64,000 nucleotides of DNA from Dicyema japonicum (taxonomy: Eukaryota; Animalia; Dicyemida), in the NCBI GenBank assembly GCA_011109175.1, contig RDEW01000059.1, positions 62,001 to 126,000 of the forward strand, written 5' to 3'. Under the pieces are notes generated by a model. That model had not been told where the DNA came from, searched no databases, and was given only the letters and a program-made list of their open reading frames with translations. Below, piece after piece: positions 39,582 to 50,547 of this stretch. The translations under genes were made by a program, and so were the position numbers. Numbering within the stretch: the stretch's first letter is position 1; every line of letters starts with the position of its first letter.

Positions 39582-41516
39582 TGTCACATGGCGGCGCGTA
39601 ACGCATGGGCAGCCTGTTACATTTTTTCGACCTTGAAAAGGTCTTTTGATTATCCGACATTATTATTATTAATGTCGGATCACTGGGTCAAAAGAAAGAA
39701 ATAAAAGTTCTCATCTAACTAAGTGATCCCAGACCGACAAAGATGAGGATGAGTCCCTCATCGGATTATCCGACATTTAATTTTATATATCCGATTTATA
39801 TCGTGATTTAATCCTGTTAAATTAGTTTTTTATTTATAAATGTTATGATTATAAAGATTTTATTTTTTATAGCGGTAAACCTAGATTTCTAGCGTGATTT
39901 ATAGCATGGAAGATTATTTTGTTGCAATGGCTTCTTACAAGGGTTTTGTGAAAGATTGCGTTGAATATCAAACTTTAAAAGATGCTTTGCATGATAAATT
40001 TCCCGAAAACTTCCGAGGCACCGAAAATATAGGCTTGTAAAGAAGATAGAGAATTTTTCTATTATCAATGACAGGCATTGTAAATTTTCAATAATTTTAG
40101 ACTGTATCTTAAATCAACTGATCCCAAGTTAGTCATATCCCTGGATAATGAAACCGAAATGGAGCATGTTGCGAAATCGTTGCACGAGTTTTCACACGGA
40201 GGAGTCAATAAAATTGAGTATGAATGTCGACAAAGATACTTCACTGTAAAGAATGAGATTATCAGAAAAGTCATTCGAAATTGTGAAGTCTGCAAATTTT
40301 CGCGTCCTTTAAAAGTTCGTGATTTTTTATAATTGTAGATTGGAGATATAAATCACCATGTGTTTGCTTCTTCTCCAAATGAACGTTTTCAGATAGATCT
40401 AATAGACCTGAAAAAATTTTCAACATTAAATGAAAATTTCAAATGGATTTTAACGGTCATTGACATATATCGTAGGTGGTTTTTTTTTAATTTATAGATT
40501 CGCTTTTGTACGACCACTCTATAATAAGTCTGGTAAAGAAGTATGTGAAAACTTAAGATCTTTGTTCCGCCTGAATGGGCCATGTAAATTTCTTCAGTCG
40601 GACAATGGTTCTGAATTTAAAAATCAAGAAATAACAAAACTTTGCGAAGATTTTAACATTAAGCAAATTCACGGAAGGCCTAACAATCCACGAGCACAAG
40701 GAATTGTCGAAAGATTTAATCAGACGATCACGAGGAAGTTGTCAAAAATGCTGGATAACAGTGAAAAAAAGTGGCTTGATAAATTAGAAAGTGCTGTCTA
40801 CAGTTACAACATATCGGTCCATTCATTTTCTAACGAAAGTCCTTTCGAAAGATATCGAGGAATTAAGGGAATAAATTCAATAATTAATGGTTATACTTAT
40901 ATCATTATGACTTAGATAATTTAAGTGATGAGTGTGCGATTCCAGAACAAATTGACGATTTGGTTAATTGTTCGACTCCAGAATCTATTGAAAAATCACG
41001 TAGTTTGATTTAAAAAATTTATATCTAGATAACTCCCAGTCAGATAATTTGCGTCCGAATGCGAAGAGATTCAACTTCGAAATTAAATCGATTGAAGAAA
41101 ATTCAAATTATTACAAAGCTATGAACAGGAAAATGAATGTTCATAATAGTAAATATACTTTTAACATGGGAGATAAAGTATGAATCAAAAACATTAATAA
41201 ATAGGTTCGGGCTAAAAAGGACTTTGGAACAAATCCCTCATTGCGACTGGATAAGTTTGAGTCTCAGTATTATCCAGTTGCAGAAATAATTAATATTTTA
41301 TCGAATAATCGCGTGGAGGTAGTTTTAAATAGTTTAATTTGATAGATAAAAAATTCGAAAGGAGAAATATCGACTGTATTAATGAGTAGACTAAAAAAAG
41401 TTACTTAAATTTAATTTTTTGTGGTTAATAAATCATTTATAAAATTAATTGAAGTTAATCTTGGTTCAAGGTTAATGTAACAGGCTGCCCATAGGTAACG
41501 CTTGGCCCATGTGACA
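39582..41516 (+). mobile_element. Ginger-like DNA transposon, 1935 bp
   Basis: 40/41-nt TIRs starting TGTCACATGG (34/41 identical), TGT...ACA ends, perfect TSD TAATT (39577-39581, 41517-41521), internal retroviral-type integrase gene. Confidence 0.88.
39906..41408 (+). CDS. DD35E integrase/transposase (HHCC + rve core + C-terminal GPY/F-like domain), ~440 aa, 8 exons, one 1-nt lesion near 40005
   Basis: Introns 40075-40100, 40315-40338, 40476-40497, 40890-40915, 41000-41028, 41178-41204, 41319-41345. HEFSH...CEVC; QIDLID; SDNG-35 aa-E (VERFN); FNMGDKVRAKK. Spliced length 1322 = 441 codons minus 1 nt. Confidence 0.88.
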
Positions 41517-42039
41517 TAATTGCAGCTCTGTTAGTCTTCTCTAGGAGGTTAGGATCTTCTCCCTCTTTGTAGAGAAGAACCACCCCTCGCACCCATAAAG
41601 TAGGCTAGGAAGAATAACTCTCTTTAAGATGAACAGGTAGGTGTCGCTGCTAACTTATAACTTCTGTGTACATATGAGCGACTGAAAGGCTCTTTTTCTC
41701 TTCTCATTTATGTCGTCCATGTAATCTCATGCGTGTCCATAGTCGACCCCAGGTAGCGCAGACTGAGTGTATTCTTGTTTCAGGTGCTCTTTCACATTGC
41801 TTACTAGGAGTGCGCAAGATTTTTCAGCAGAAAGCTTTAGCCCTATCAAGTTGTTAAAAACTTATTTGTCGAGTAGCTACACTTTCACTCTATCACAGTT
41901 AAATTTAATTTATTACAAATTTAAAAGAATTTATTTGTTTGTAATAATTGTTTGGCAAACCATATAAAACAATAGATATACTAATCGATAGCGATATGCA
42001 CACTATGTTGGTTATGGTTGTGAAATTAAATTAAAATTT

Positions 42040-42290
42040 TTCCAAAGACCAAGGGTAACCAAACTAACTAACTCCTCGATCCTGACTCGTTCCAGCATTC
42101 CAGAACTTTTCACCAGGTAACGACTTTGTCCCCGGGGAAGAATTGTTGGATACTCTTGATGCCGGCCAGGCATTGGGCGCCTCCTCAATAAGTTGGGTCC
42201 AGTGACGCCATCGGAAGGAAGGAAAATACAACTACGTATCACCACATGGCGCCACGCGACAATTCGCAATATTGTGATCCGTAAATTGTA
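42040..42290 (-). mobile_element. LINE family A 3' end
   Basis: Carries the terminal motif GGATCGAGGAGTTAGTTAGTTTGGTTACCCTTGGTC plus AT tail. Confidence 0.6.
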
Positions 42291-44039
42291 TTTTCTAATA
42301 TTTTTAAAGAAATTATTAAATTTTTATTAAATTATTAATTTATTTTTTTCTAAGTCCAACAAAAAATGGAAAAAAATTAGTAAAATTCCTTCAACGGACG
42401 GTCACATTATTCAACCAGAAGTTTGCTAATTTATAAAAAAATAAACAATCAAACACAATAAAATTTAAATTAACAAAAAATGAGAACAAAAGTAAACAAT
42501 TAATGGTTTTTTGTTGTTTATTTTAATGATTTTGTCGAATCTCGGGATTTTGTTGCTCATCGCAATACCAATGTTCTGGATTAATGCGATTTCTGTTATT
42601 TATTTTTATTTTCCAAAAAAGCTGAATCCGGATTCACACAAGTATGTCGTTGCAAATGGAATAAGTTCATATAACTCGTTTGAGAAATTGTGGATACGTT
42701 TCATGAAGAAATAATTTTACTTTTCTTAACTAGGGTTAAGGCTTGACCTCGTGAGAGACAGTGAATTTCGGTGTGAATTAATAAAATAGAATGATGGTTG
42801 CCAAGATCACTGCAAATTGCTTTAAAATTTCGATAGTTCAGAGCACAACCTCTTATCCAGTTAATAATTTTTACAGTGATGTTAAGTACATTTTTCAACA
42901 CTGGGGGAGAATTTTAACAGCTAATACATTACGATGAAAAAACAGTATGTAATCGGTATATTTGGGATTCCATTCTTCAATAACCCAGCAAAACCAGACT
43001 TAATTTCCAGCATTGCAGAGCCTATAGTCTTGATATCCAAATCATGCATCATAAAAAATCTCTAACAATGTTAAATACATCTGTTCCTTTCGTGATCATT
43101 TTTAAGTCTTCACAAAACAAAAAATCTTCTTTCAGAGTACCTTCGTGGAAATGTCTCACTAGTGCAATAAGTTGACTGCAATTAGAGACATCAGTAGATT
43201 CGCCCAACTGAAGAGATATATGGAAAGGACTTGATCTCTGTAATAATTTGCGACAAAATATCATAACTTAACTCACATATTCGACTGTGAATTAAATAGT
43301 TGGATAGCAGCAAAGATTCAATTTTGTCTTGTCTCTGTTCCGATATTATTGAGACCATTTCAATGCACGTGGTTTTATCAAATCTTCTCCGACTGTATGG
43401 GACATTTTAGACTGCAATATTATAGGCCACTTTATGAGGCATGTAAAATCGGTTTATAAATACAAATCCTAATTTGGAAAAGTTTATTGCGAATCATGTC
43501 GAGCTCTCTTGATCTTTAGTGATTCTAAATCATTGCGACTATAATCAGATCCACCATGTTTATTTAGAAAATGTTACTTCAGTTGTGGTGAAAAGACTCA
43601 AATTAATACCCTCTTTACATTTCTAGGTTAATAAAGTTTTTTAAACTTAAAAAATATAATAATAAATTTTTGTGTGTCCATTTTCCATTCTTCAGTCCAT
43701 TTTTATAAAATGAGATAAAATATTTTTTGTAAATCGAAAGCTCTAATGAAAATTGTCTCGCGATAATGAGGGGTAACTCCATTGCGTGCTCAATGCCTGC
43801 AGGGGCTAATGGAATCTGTTATAATAATTAACTTATTCAAATAAATAGACTGTTTATCTAAAAATGCAAAGGATTGGTCTCCAAGTTAAAAGAAATCGAA
43901 AAAAATAATTTCTTAAAATAAAAGAAAAATATAATTTTTGGTTTCAGATTAAAGTTAGGGACTTCCTGAGAAGGTGTAAAGAAGAGATCGAAAAAATTAA
44001 TTTCCTAAAATAAGATAAATAAATAAAATTATTTCAAAG

Positions 44040-44340
44040 ACGAAGGGTAAAACCAAATTAACTAATCCTTGATCCTGACGCGTTATAGCGATTCCAGAAC
44101 TCGTCTACAGGTAAAAATAGTTGGATCCTTTTGAATGCAAGCCAGGTATTGGAAAGCCTCACTATGTTGTACGTTTCTAAATTCCAACCCTATCAGTGAA
44201 ATCTTACTTCAAGCAGCCATCAACAGAGAGTGTCGATGTAACCCGAGAAGGACCTATAGAAAATTGTTGACTCAGAAAACCTGTAGTTTTTTTGGGGGAA
44301 ATTCTGAAACTGACGCAATACAAATGATTGCCTAAAGTGC
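44040..44340 (-). mobile_element. LINE family A 3' remnant
   Basis: EAFQYL-like RT remnant and terminal motif GGATCAAGGATTAGTTAATTTGG at 44040-44075. Confidence 0.5.
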
Positions 44341-45120
44341 TGGAGTGATGCCTAATAATAAAGTAAATATTGAAGGTAAAAAATCAAGTAAAAAATTTAT
44401 ATTATAATAAATATTGTCATGGAGTTACAAGATGGTCAAATAGCATTTTGGTTTATTCCCACAAAGTATGGAATAAGCAAGGTTGAGTTTTTTCACGACA
44501 ACTTTACTGAGAAGAGGACTTTAAAGATAAATGAAAAGGTAACAATAATATCACACCAGACAATATATAAGAGTGGATGGAAGTACAAATTGTGCGGGAC
44601 AGTCCAGTTTAATGTAATGAGCTTTGAATATGGCAGATCAAAGATATGAATGTTTGTATTGACATAATTCCCTCCAAAATGATTAATCTGGAATACAATC
44701 TGATAGTGAATAATGTGCCATATAAAGAATATATTGTCATTAATGTCTAAAAAGCTTATGATTTGGGAGATTTCTGGGAGTGAATGCATTACTTTTTGTA
44801 CTTTTGTAAAAATATTTCAGATCGTGACTCTTGTGATCTGTTTGTGAACGGAAAAGAAATTGACTGCGACGTAGACTATAGTTTATTGTTAGATTGAATT
44901 TACTGATGAAGGAACAGACACTCTGTTTTATTTGAACGACCAAGTCTACGTCCTGAAAGGAGTGAATTCTAAGACCAAACGGGGGATTGAATATTCCTTA
45001 TACATCAATGGAATTTATTTTCCCGTTTCGTTTGATTATAATATTGATTATAAAAATATAATTTTCTAGAATTTATTACAGTTCAACAATTTTTAATATT
45101 TTAAGAAAAATTAATTTTAT
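44164..45120 (+). repeat. Left arm of ~950-bp inverted duplication (partner 56821-57770)
   Basis: Near-identical reverse complement by direct comparison; a few substitutions, two 1-nt indels and one 8-nt indel. Confidence 0.95.
44419..45069 (+). pseudogene. FAIM: FAIM copy 1, frameshifted by an extra T near 44734 (or consensus error)
   Basis: Same exon structure as the intact copy; TATATTGTC versus TATATGTC shifts exon 2 into a stop; also GKR->EKR. Confidence 0.7.
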
Positions 45121-45553
45121 TATTAGGGAGCTTGAATGGGCATGCTGTTTCCTCTAGGTATCTGGATTCGATCTCAAAACCATCCAGTCCCATCTAGACC
45201 CTTGGTAACCCTCTATCATTGAGTCGATCCGACGGACTGGTCGTCCACTTGGGTCAAGAATTTTGACGTCTCAATATTAATTAAACTTTATTTATCAAAA
45301 TAAAAAATGCACTTAAGCGTGCAATAAGGAAAGTTGTATGGAAAAATAGTAGAACAAATAGTGAAGTGTTCGTTTTCAAATAAAACTCTAAGTATCTATG
45401 GGAAATGTTGGAGTGCCTTTAATGAACTTATTTGCCCCCATAAAGATTTTCTCTAAATTTGGTGGTTCCTATAAAAAAGATTGTGAAATGGTGGGTTTGG
45501 TTGATGATGTTGTATCCAATAAATATAATTGTAAAGCAATCTAAATAAAAATA

Positions 45554-47051
45554 TTAATCAAAATAATCATTAATATCCACAGCAAGTAATTGATCCCCAT
45601 AAATGTCAAGTCAAGCTGATCGTAAATGAGATTCTCGAACGTTTCCGATAAATCAGTATTCCCACCAACATAGCACCAACCATTTTACCACCACATAAAA
45701 TAACCTCATAAAACACAAACTATACTTTAATGTACTCATCCCCATCCTCCACCCGCAAATGAACGACATAGTCATCCTTAGCCAATCCCTGTGAATTGTA
45801 AAGCCCTAAAAGTACAACCTACATTGCAAACAAAATACACCTTAAATCCAAAAAAAACTGTAGAATGGGAGAAAACTTGAAACAGATGACATGTTGGGAG
45901 AGACTCCAGATCAAGGCTTTTTATTATTGACTGGGAAGCCTGAAAGCCCATTTCTTTGGCTTGACTCCACAACCTTATTTGAAACCAGAGATCACTCGGT
46001 GAGGCCCACACACAGTCACCGGCAGCATAAATGAAGGGATCACTAGTCCTCATATCTCTGTCTACAACAAGAGCCTCCTCTTCTAATTTTGGGGGTTCAT
46101 CAAACAGTTTGGAAACAGAACATTGGACTCCAATAGCACAGACCAGCATATCACACTCAAACTCCTCCCCATCCGTAAACATTGCAGAGACTCCCGAACC
46201 ACAACTGATCAAATCAGCCAACTCGGTGTTGTATTTAATGTAAAAGCATCCTTTCTGGGTTACCTCATGAACAACCAACCTCATTGAGACTGCCTTTCAA
46301 AGATGTCTGCCACTTACTGCCCACAGAACATCCGTAAATGTGATCATTTCCGCCAACTAAATTAGGCTGTCTGGTGGAGGTAAAGCAACTCAATTTCCCC
46401 ACATCAAGAGTTTGGAGAAGGAATTTTGATGCCCCCTCATCAAGAAACTGAGAATTAATATAGTTGTGTCTAACAGCCCAAATGACATCACAACAATCAG
46501 TCAGATGACTTAAATACAAATAAATCTCTACACAACTTCGTTTGCAATGCCTCCGTTCCCCAACACTACTATTCTACGACAGTTCTTCATTCGTTCCTTT
46601 AACTCCTAAAGTAAGACTATAGTGAACCTTCACTGTGGACAAATCCCTCAAATAGAAAACTGAGTCAGGACGGGAGACACTCAAACTTTGGGAGAACATC
46701 CAGTACATACACACAGTCTGTTATACATGAAACTACCACTATTAAGGGTATCCACAATCTGATGGGTAAAATTTGGTACTTTATAGTGTCTGTGAATCAC
46801 AGAAACCCTGTCAATCAAGACCACAACCCCAATGTCATCAGCAGGGACCTCCTCCACGTCAAAGCTCTCAAATAACCTTGACTGTTTAACAACGTTGGTA
46901 ACTCTCTTTACTGTTGATGAAACAGTAATCAAAAGAATAGACAGGTGGGGACATGCTTGTTTAATCTAAGAATCAAATAGGGAGATACGCTTTCAGCACA
47001 TGTAGTCCCAGCTATTCCTCCACCAATTATTACCACGTCATACTTGTTCAT
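45554..47051 (-). CDS. PYROXD1: Pyridine nucleotide-disulphide oxidoreductase domain protein 1
   Basis: MNKYDVVIIGGGIAGTTCAES (23-nt intron) ...VKRVTN...FDVEE...LCVCTG; VVGNGGIA; YAAGDC; WFQIRLWSQAKEMG; DLSETFENLI; ends DYFD*. Confidence 0.92.
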
Positions 47052-47278
47052 TAAAATTATTTTAAATATTTTTATTATTTCTAGTACCAACTGGTTATTT
47101 TAGTATCAAACTTTGTCATGTCCCTCAACCAATTTACCACGTCATACTTGTTCATTAAAATTATTTTAAATATTTTTTATTATTTCTAGTACCAACTGGT
47201 TATTTTAGTATCAAACTTTGTCATGTCCCTCAACCAATTTACCACGTCATACTTGTTCACTAAAATTATTTTAAATAT
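47032..47278. repeat. 104-105-bp tandem repeat, ~2.4 copies, spanning the PYROXD1 start codon and upstream region
   Basis: ACCACGTCATACTTGTTCA recurs at 47032, 47136 and 47241. Confidence 0.95.
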
Positions 47279-47289
47279 TCTAATACAAA

Positions 47290-48240
47290 TTAACCTAGAC
47301 AGGCTTAATGCCAGGATAATGGAAAACCGGCTCTTGGTGAATGCAGAGAAGTCGTCTACGTCACTATTTACCTCGGACAAATAGATTGGGAAGGAAGACA
47401 GTCACCTTGAAGTTAAACAAGGTCGGCATCCCTTTCCACAGATGTCAAAGGATTTTGGGTGTGACAATTGTTATGCATCTCTGTTTAACACCTCATGTAG
47501 AAAACATTCTATTGAAATGCGAGAAGAAACTGAACGTATTGAATAGTTTATCGGGAATATGGAAGAGTGGTACTCACCCAGTCTTGATGAACGTATACAA
47601 ACAATACATCGAGCCTTGTGGGGACTGTCCATATCTTGGACAAATATGAGGAAAATTGAGGAAATGCAAAAGAGGGCTTACAGAGTAACGGAGCGTTGGA
47701 TTTGTGAAGATCATCGACCCGGACCTACGCCCTTGGAGGCCCTTATGAGACTCATCTCACATCGACGGCATTTCTGGAAGCTGCTCAAGAAAGCTAGGCA
47801 TAATCAAAACTATTTTCGGTGGCATTAAAACCCCTTTCCCAGCTTTGAAATTGTTGTACAAACAATTCATTGAGTCATCTGTCAGCTATGTCTGTACGTC
47901 ATGGGGAATCAATCTGTCCTGGACGAACGAACTAAAAATCCGGGACATTCAGGCCTTAACAGCCACTACTATTAGTAATCTCGGGAAACTAGAAAAGCTA
48001 ATACCCTTATCACGTGAAGACCTTATCCGACAAAATGGAAAGGGATTTGCTACCTCTGCAGGCAGTGCAACTCTCAAAATACACAGCCACAACGTGCCTT
48101 ATGAGAAGGGTATACATCACCCCTCTCCAATTCCTATTCCCCAAACCACCCCGCCGAAGTTGTGTTGGATCCCAGAAGGCGCACGAGGAGAAAATGAGAA
48201 ATCTGATTGAGGCCTTCAGATCACTTAATTAATTTAGCAA
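47290..48240 (+). mobile_element. LINE family A 3' fragments (two partial pieces)
   Basis: ILGVT...HVENILLKCEKKLNVLNSLSGIWK...KQYIEPC, then a second LYKQFIESSVSYVCTSWG unit; homologous to 13690-14380. Confidence 0.75.
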
Positions 48241-49437
48241 TTAAATTAACTATTGGTGTTCTTGGGTTAATAATAATAAACTTTGTCATGTCGAGGACGC
48301 TTCAGAACCGTGTGCGAGTAGAGGAGGTGCTCTTGAATCTTGATTGAATCATGTAAGCTAGATGGTGGCTCTTTGGACGTGTATTGAAAATGGACCTCGA
48401 AACCCAAGCTAACATGGTCATTATTATTTCTCTTATGACGCTCCCAGATTCCATGGACGACCAAGGATCACCATACCGATGGTCATAAGAGGCGTCTCAG
48501 AGAGAGGATTCAGATAAACTACCAGAATTGTTCGCGACAGGAACAAGTAGAGGATGATTGCTCTGTCGCTGTATTCCTGTTGCACATGTTTTGTCACGAC
48601 CATGGTATAAAGTACATTATTAATATTTTGGGATGGTTTGGGAGGTGATATACCTCTATTGTACATGTCTTTGTCTCCTCAATATGGATATTTTCGTTCC
48701 CATTCTTTTCATGTGTATAGACAAGGGAAACATCGTATATATTGGCACATTGGATAGATATTGTTATGGACATTTCCCTAAGTGATGATCTTAGACAAGG
48801 GATAGAAAAAGACAGAATATGAATTTTTCCAGCAGTCCGTTTTTGTCTATTTCTTGGAGGGTTTTTGTCCTAATTATATGTTTAAGGTAATGAAGTTAAT
48901 AGATCATAATCTGATTTGATGAGTTTCTCGTAAATGTTATCTTTTTGCTCAGTCTATAAAATGCCGAAAAATGATTTTTTCAACTTTTTTTTCCATTAAA
49001 TCTAACGTTCAATTTAATTAATTATTGAACGTTTGTTTGAAAGATAAGACTTGAGGCAATCCGCATTAAGAATTAACGATAAAGATAAACCGGTTATCTA
49101 TGTGGTTAATTGGTGGAGGTTTGTGTATTTAATGAGGTGTCCACTTTATTATAGATATAAGCCCCTGTCTTCCTTATTGTGAGCATAGGCTAGGTGACAG
49201 ACTCTGGATACATTGGAGATACAAAGTTCTCAACAAAGAAAGTGTCGGAAAAGACTTGTCCTACCCAAAATTAAATAAACTTACCATGCTCACATCCTTC
49301 TCGAATATTGGTAGTCGGGGAAAGTAGGGAGATTACATAATTAGAAGACTGTCACAATTATGTTTTTAAAATTAAGAAATATTTAAAATCATTAATATTG
49401 GGAATAATAACCATAAATTGCATCAAAACATTCATAT

Positions 49438-50547
49438 TTACCCTTTCTCATTCTCCAAACGGTAAAAGTAATCAAAATTGGAGACAATGATAGGAACAGA
49501 AATAGAAAGTGTTATAATTCCACAAATGGCACAAAATGAACAGACAATTTTACCAATTATACTGGTGGGATAAATATCTCCATACCCCACTGTTGTTAGA
49601 GTTTGGACAGCCAACCAAAGTGTTCCAGGGATACTCTGAAATCGAGAGTCAGGAACATTCATTTCAGCAAGATACAACAAACTCGAAAAAATGAAGGAAA
49701 GAATGGTCAAAAAGAAGATCAACATTAATAATTCTTGGTATGACGCCCTCAGAGTTCTACCGAGAATCTTTAGATCCCTAGAATGCCTCGACAGCTTTAA
49801 AATTCTGAAGACCTTGACTAGTCTCAAAATACTAATACTCTCAATACTGTTCGGCCCCCATGATTTTGAATATCTAATTGCGAGAATTACAAAATATGGA
49901 TAAATTGACAAAAAGTCGATGATGTTTAAGCCATTTTTGACAAATTTGAGTTTATTTGGACATAAAATAAGTCGAAATACAAGCTCAAACGAAAACCAGG
50001 CCACACAGCCGGATTCGATGTAAAAAATCATAAGGGAATGTCTGAACTCAGAAATAGTCTCCATACAGAATGTAGCAATCGAAAGTAAAATAACTGAGCA
50101 TGAAAATAAAACAGAAATTTTGGCATAAAACGAGCTTTCCGGGAATTCACAAAGCAACCACAGTTTCTTTAAAACTAGATTTTTTGGCAATTCTGCTTCA
50201 ATGTCTGATTCCGTTGTGTATTCGGACGCCAATTCTGATATAATGAAAGGATCGAGACGAAAAAATGAGACCTCTTCAATGAAGACATCGATGTGAATTT
50301 CTACGGGTTTCATAAGGTGTCCACCACTCTGGTAATACTGCAAAATTGACTCAAAACATGTTCTACTTCTATCAAAGAAATACTCATTTAGATCCCTGTT
50401 ATAAAATTTGTTAATTTTGTCAGGATCCCCCAGAAGAGTGTTTGGGAATTTATTCAATGTGGCATAAAATGTTTCAAATTTCAGTCCACTGACATTGATG
50501 AGTATTTTACTCATATTTGGTGGACTTATAACCAATGGATTGGCCAT
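49438..50547 (-). CDS. Shaker (Kv1)-family voltage-gated K+ channel subunit, intronless, 369 aa
   Basis: T1 domain (INVSGLKFET, EYFFDRSR, ILQYYQSGG), S1-S6, S4 LRLVKVFRILKLSRH, filter TTVGYGD, S6 SISVPIIVSNF. Confidence 0.95.
   Translation of the reverse strand: MANPLVISPPNMSKILINVSGLKFETFYATLNKFPNTLLGDPDKINKFYNRDLNEYFFDRSRTCFESILQYYQSGGHLMKPVEIHIDVFIEEVSFFRLDPFIISELASEYTTESDIEAELPKNLVLKKLWLLCEFPESSFYAKISVLFSCSVILLSIATFCMETISEFRHSLMIFYIESGCVAWFSFELVFRLILCPNKLKFVKNGLNIIDFLSIYPYFVILAIRYSKSWGPNSIESISILRLVKVFRILKLSRHSRDLKILGRTLRASYQELLMLIFFLTILSFIFSSLLYLAEMNVPDSRFQSIPGTLWLAVQTLTTVGYGDIYPTSIIGKIVCSFCAICGIITLSISVPIIVSNFDYFYRLENEKG

Larger units (their letters stand above)
39300..41900 (-). mobile_element. 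LINE RT C-terminal fragment split by the Ginger-like insertion (39300-39581 and 41517-41900)
   Basis: RYLGS and ILPSLLYGCEGW right of the insertion; the frame LLEKTNRAAIKLLLNKKLKDCIS reads continuously across the reconstructed empty site. Confidence 0.75.
38612..43620 (-). mobile_element. hAT (Buster/Charlie-type) transposon remnant interrupted by nested insertions
   Basis: Terminus CAGGAGTTCCCAACCTTTTT at 38612; transposase pieces SLQLGESTDVSNCSQLIALVRH...EDFLFC (43049-43264), KIINWIRGCALNYRNF...LLIHTEIHCLSRG (42701-42901) and weak dimerisation-domain remnant FSVLS*IVKKRS/LRL (~38960-39050). Far terminus not found. Confidence 0.75.

Noticed and set aside
41476-41917. Solo LTR (TGTAAC...TTACA)
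   Set aside because: The TGTAAC is the inner edge of the Ginger-like right TIR, the interior encodes LINE RT motifs (RYLGS, LPSLLYGCE) and there is no TSD.
43951-43968. Second TIR of the hAT element (GTTAGGGACTTCCTG)
   Set aside because: Only loose similarity to the 38612 terminus and the flanking 8-mers (CTCTTGAT vs AGAAGGTG) are not a TSD.
47032-47278. CRISPR-like array
   Set aside because: Head-to-tail 104-105-bp units without unique spacers, eukaryotic context, no cas genes.
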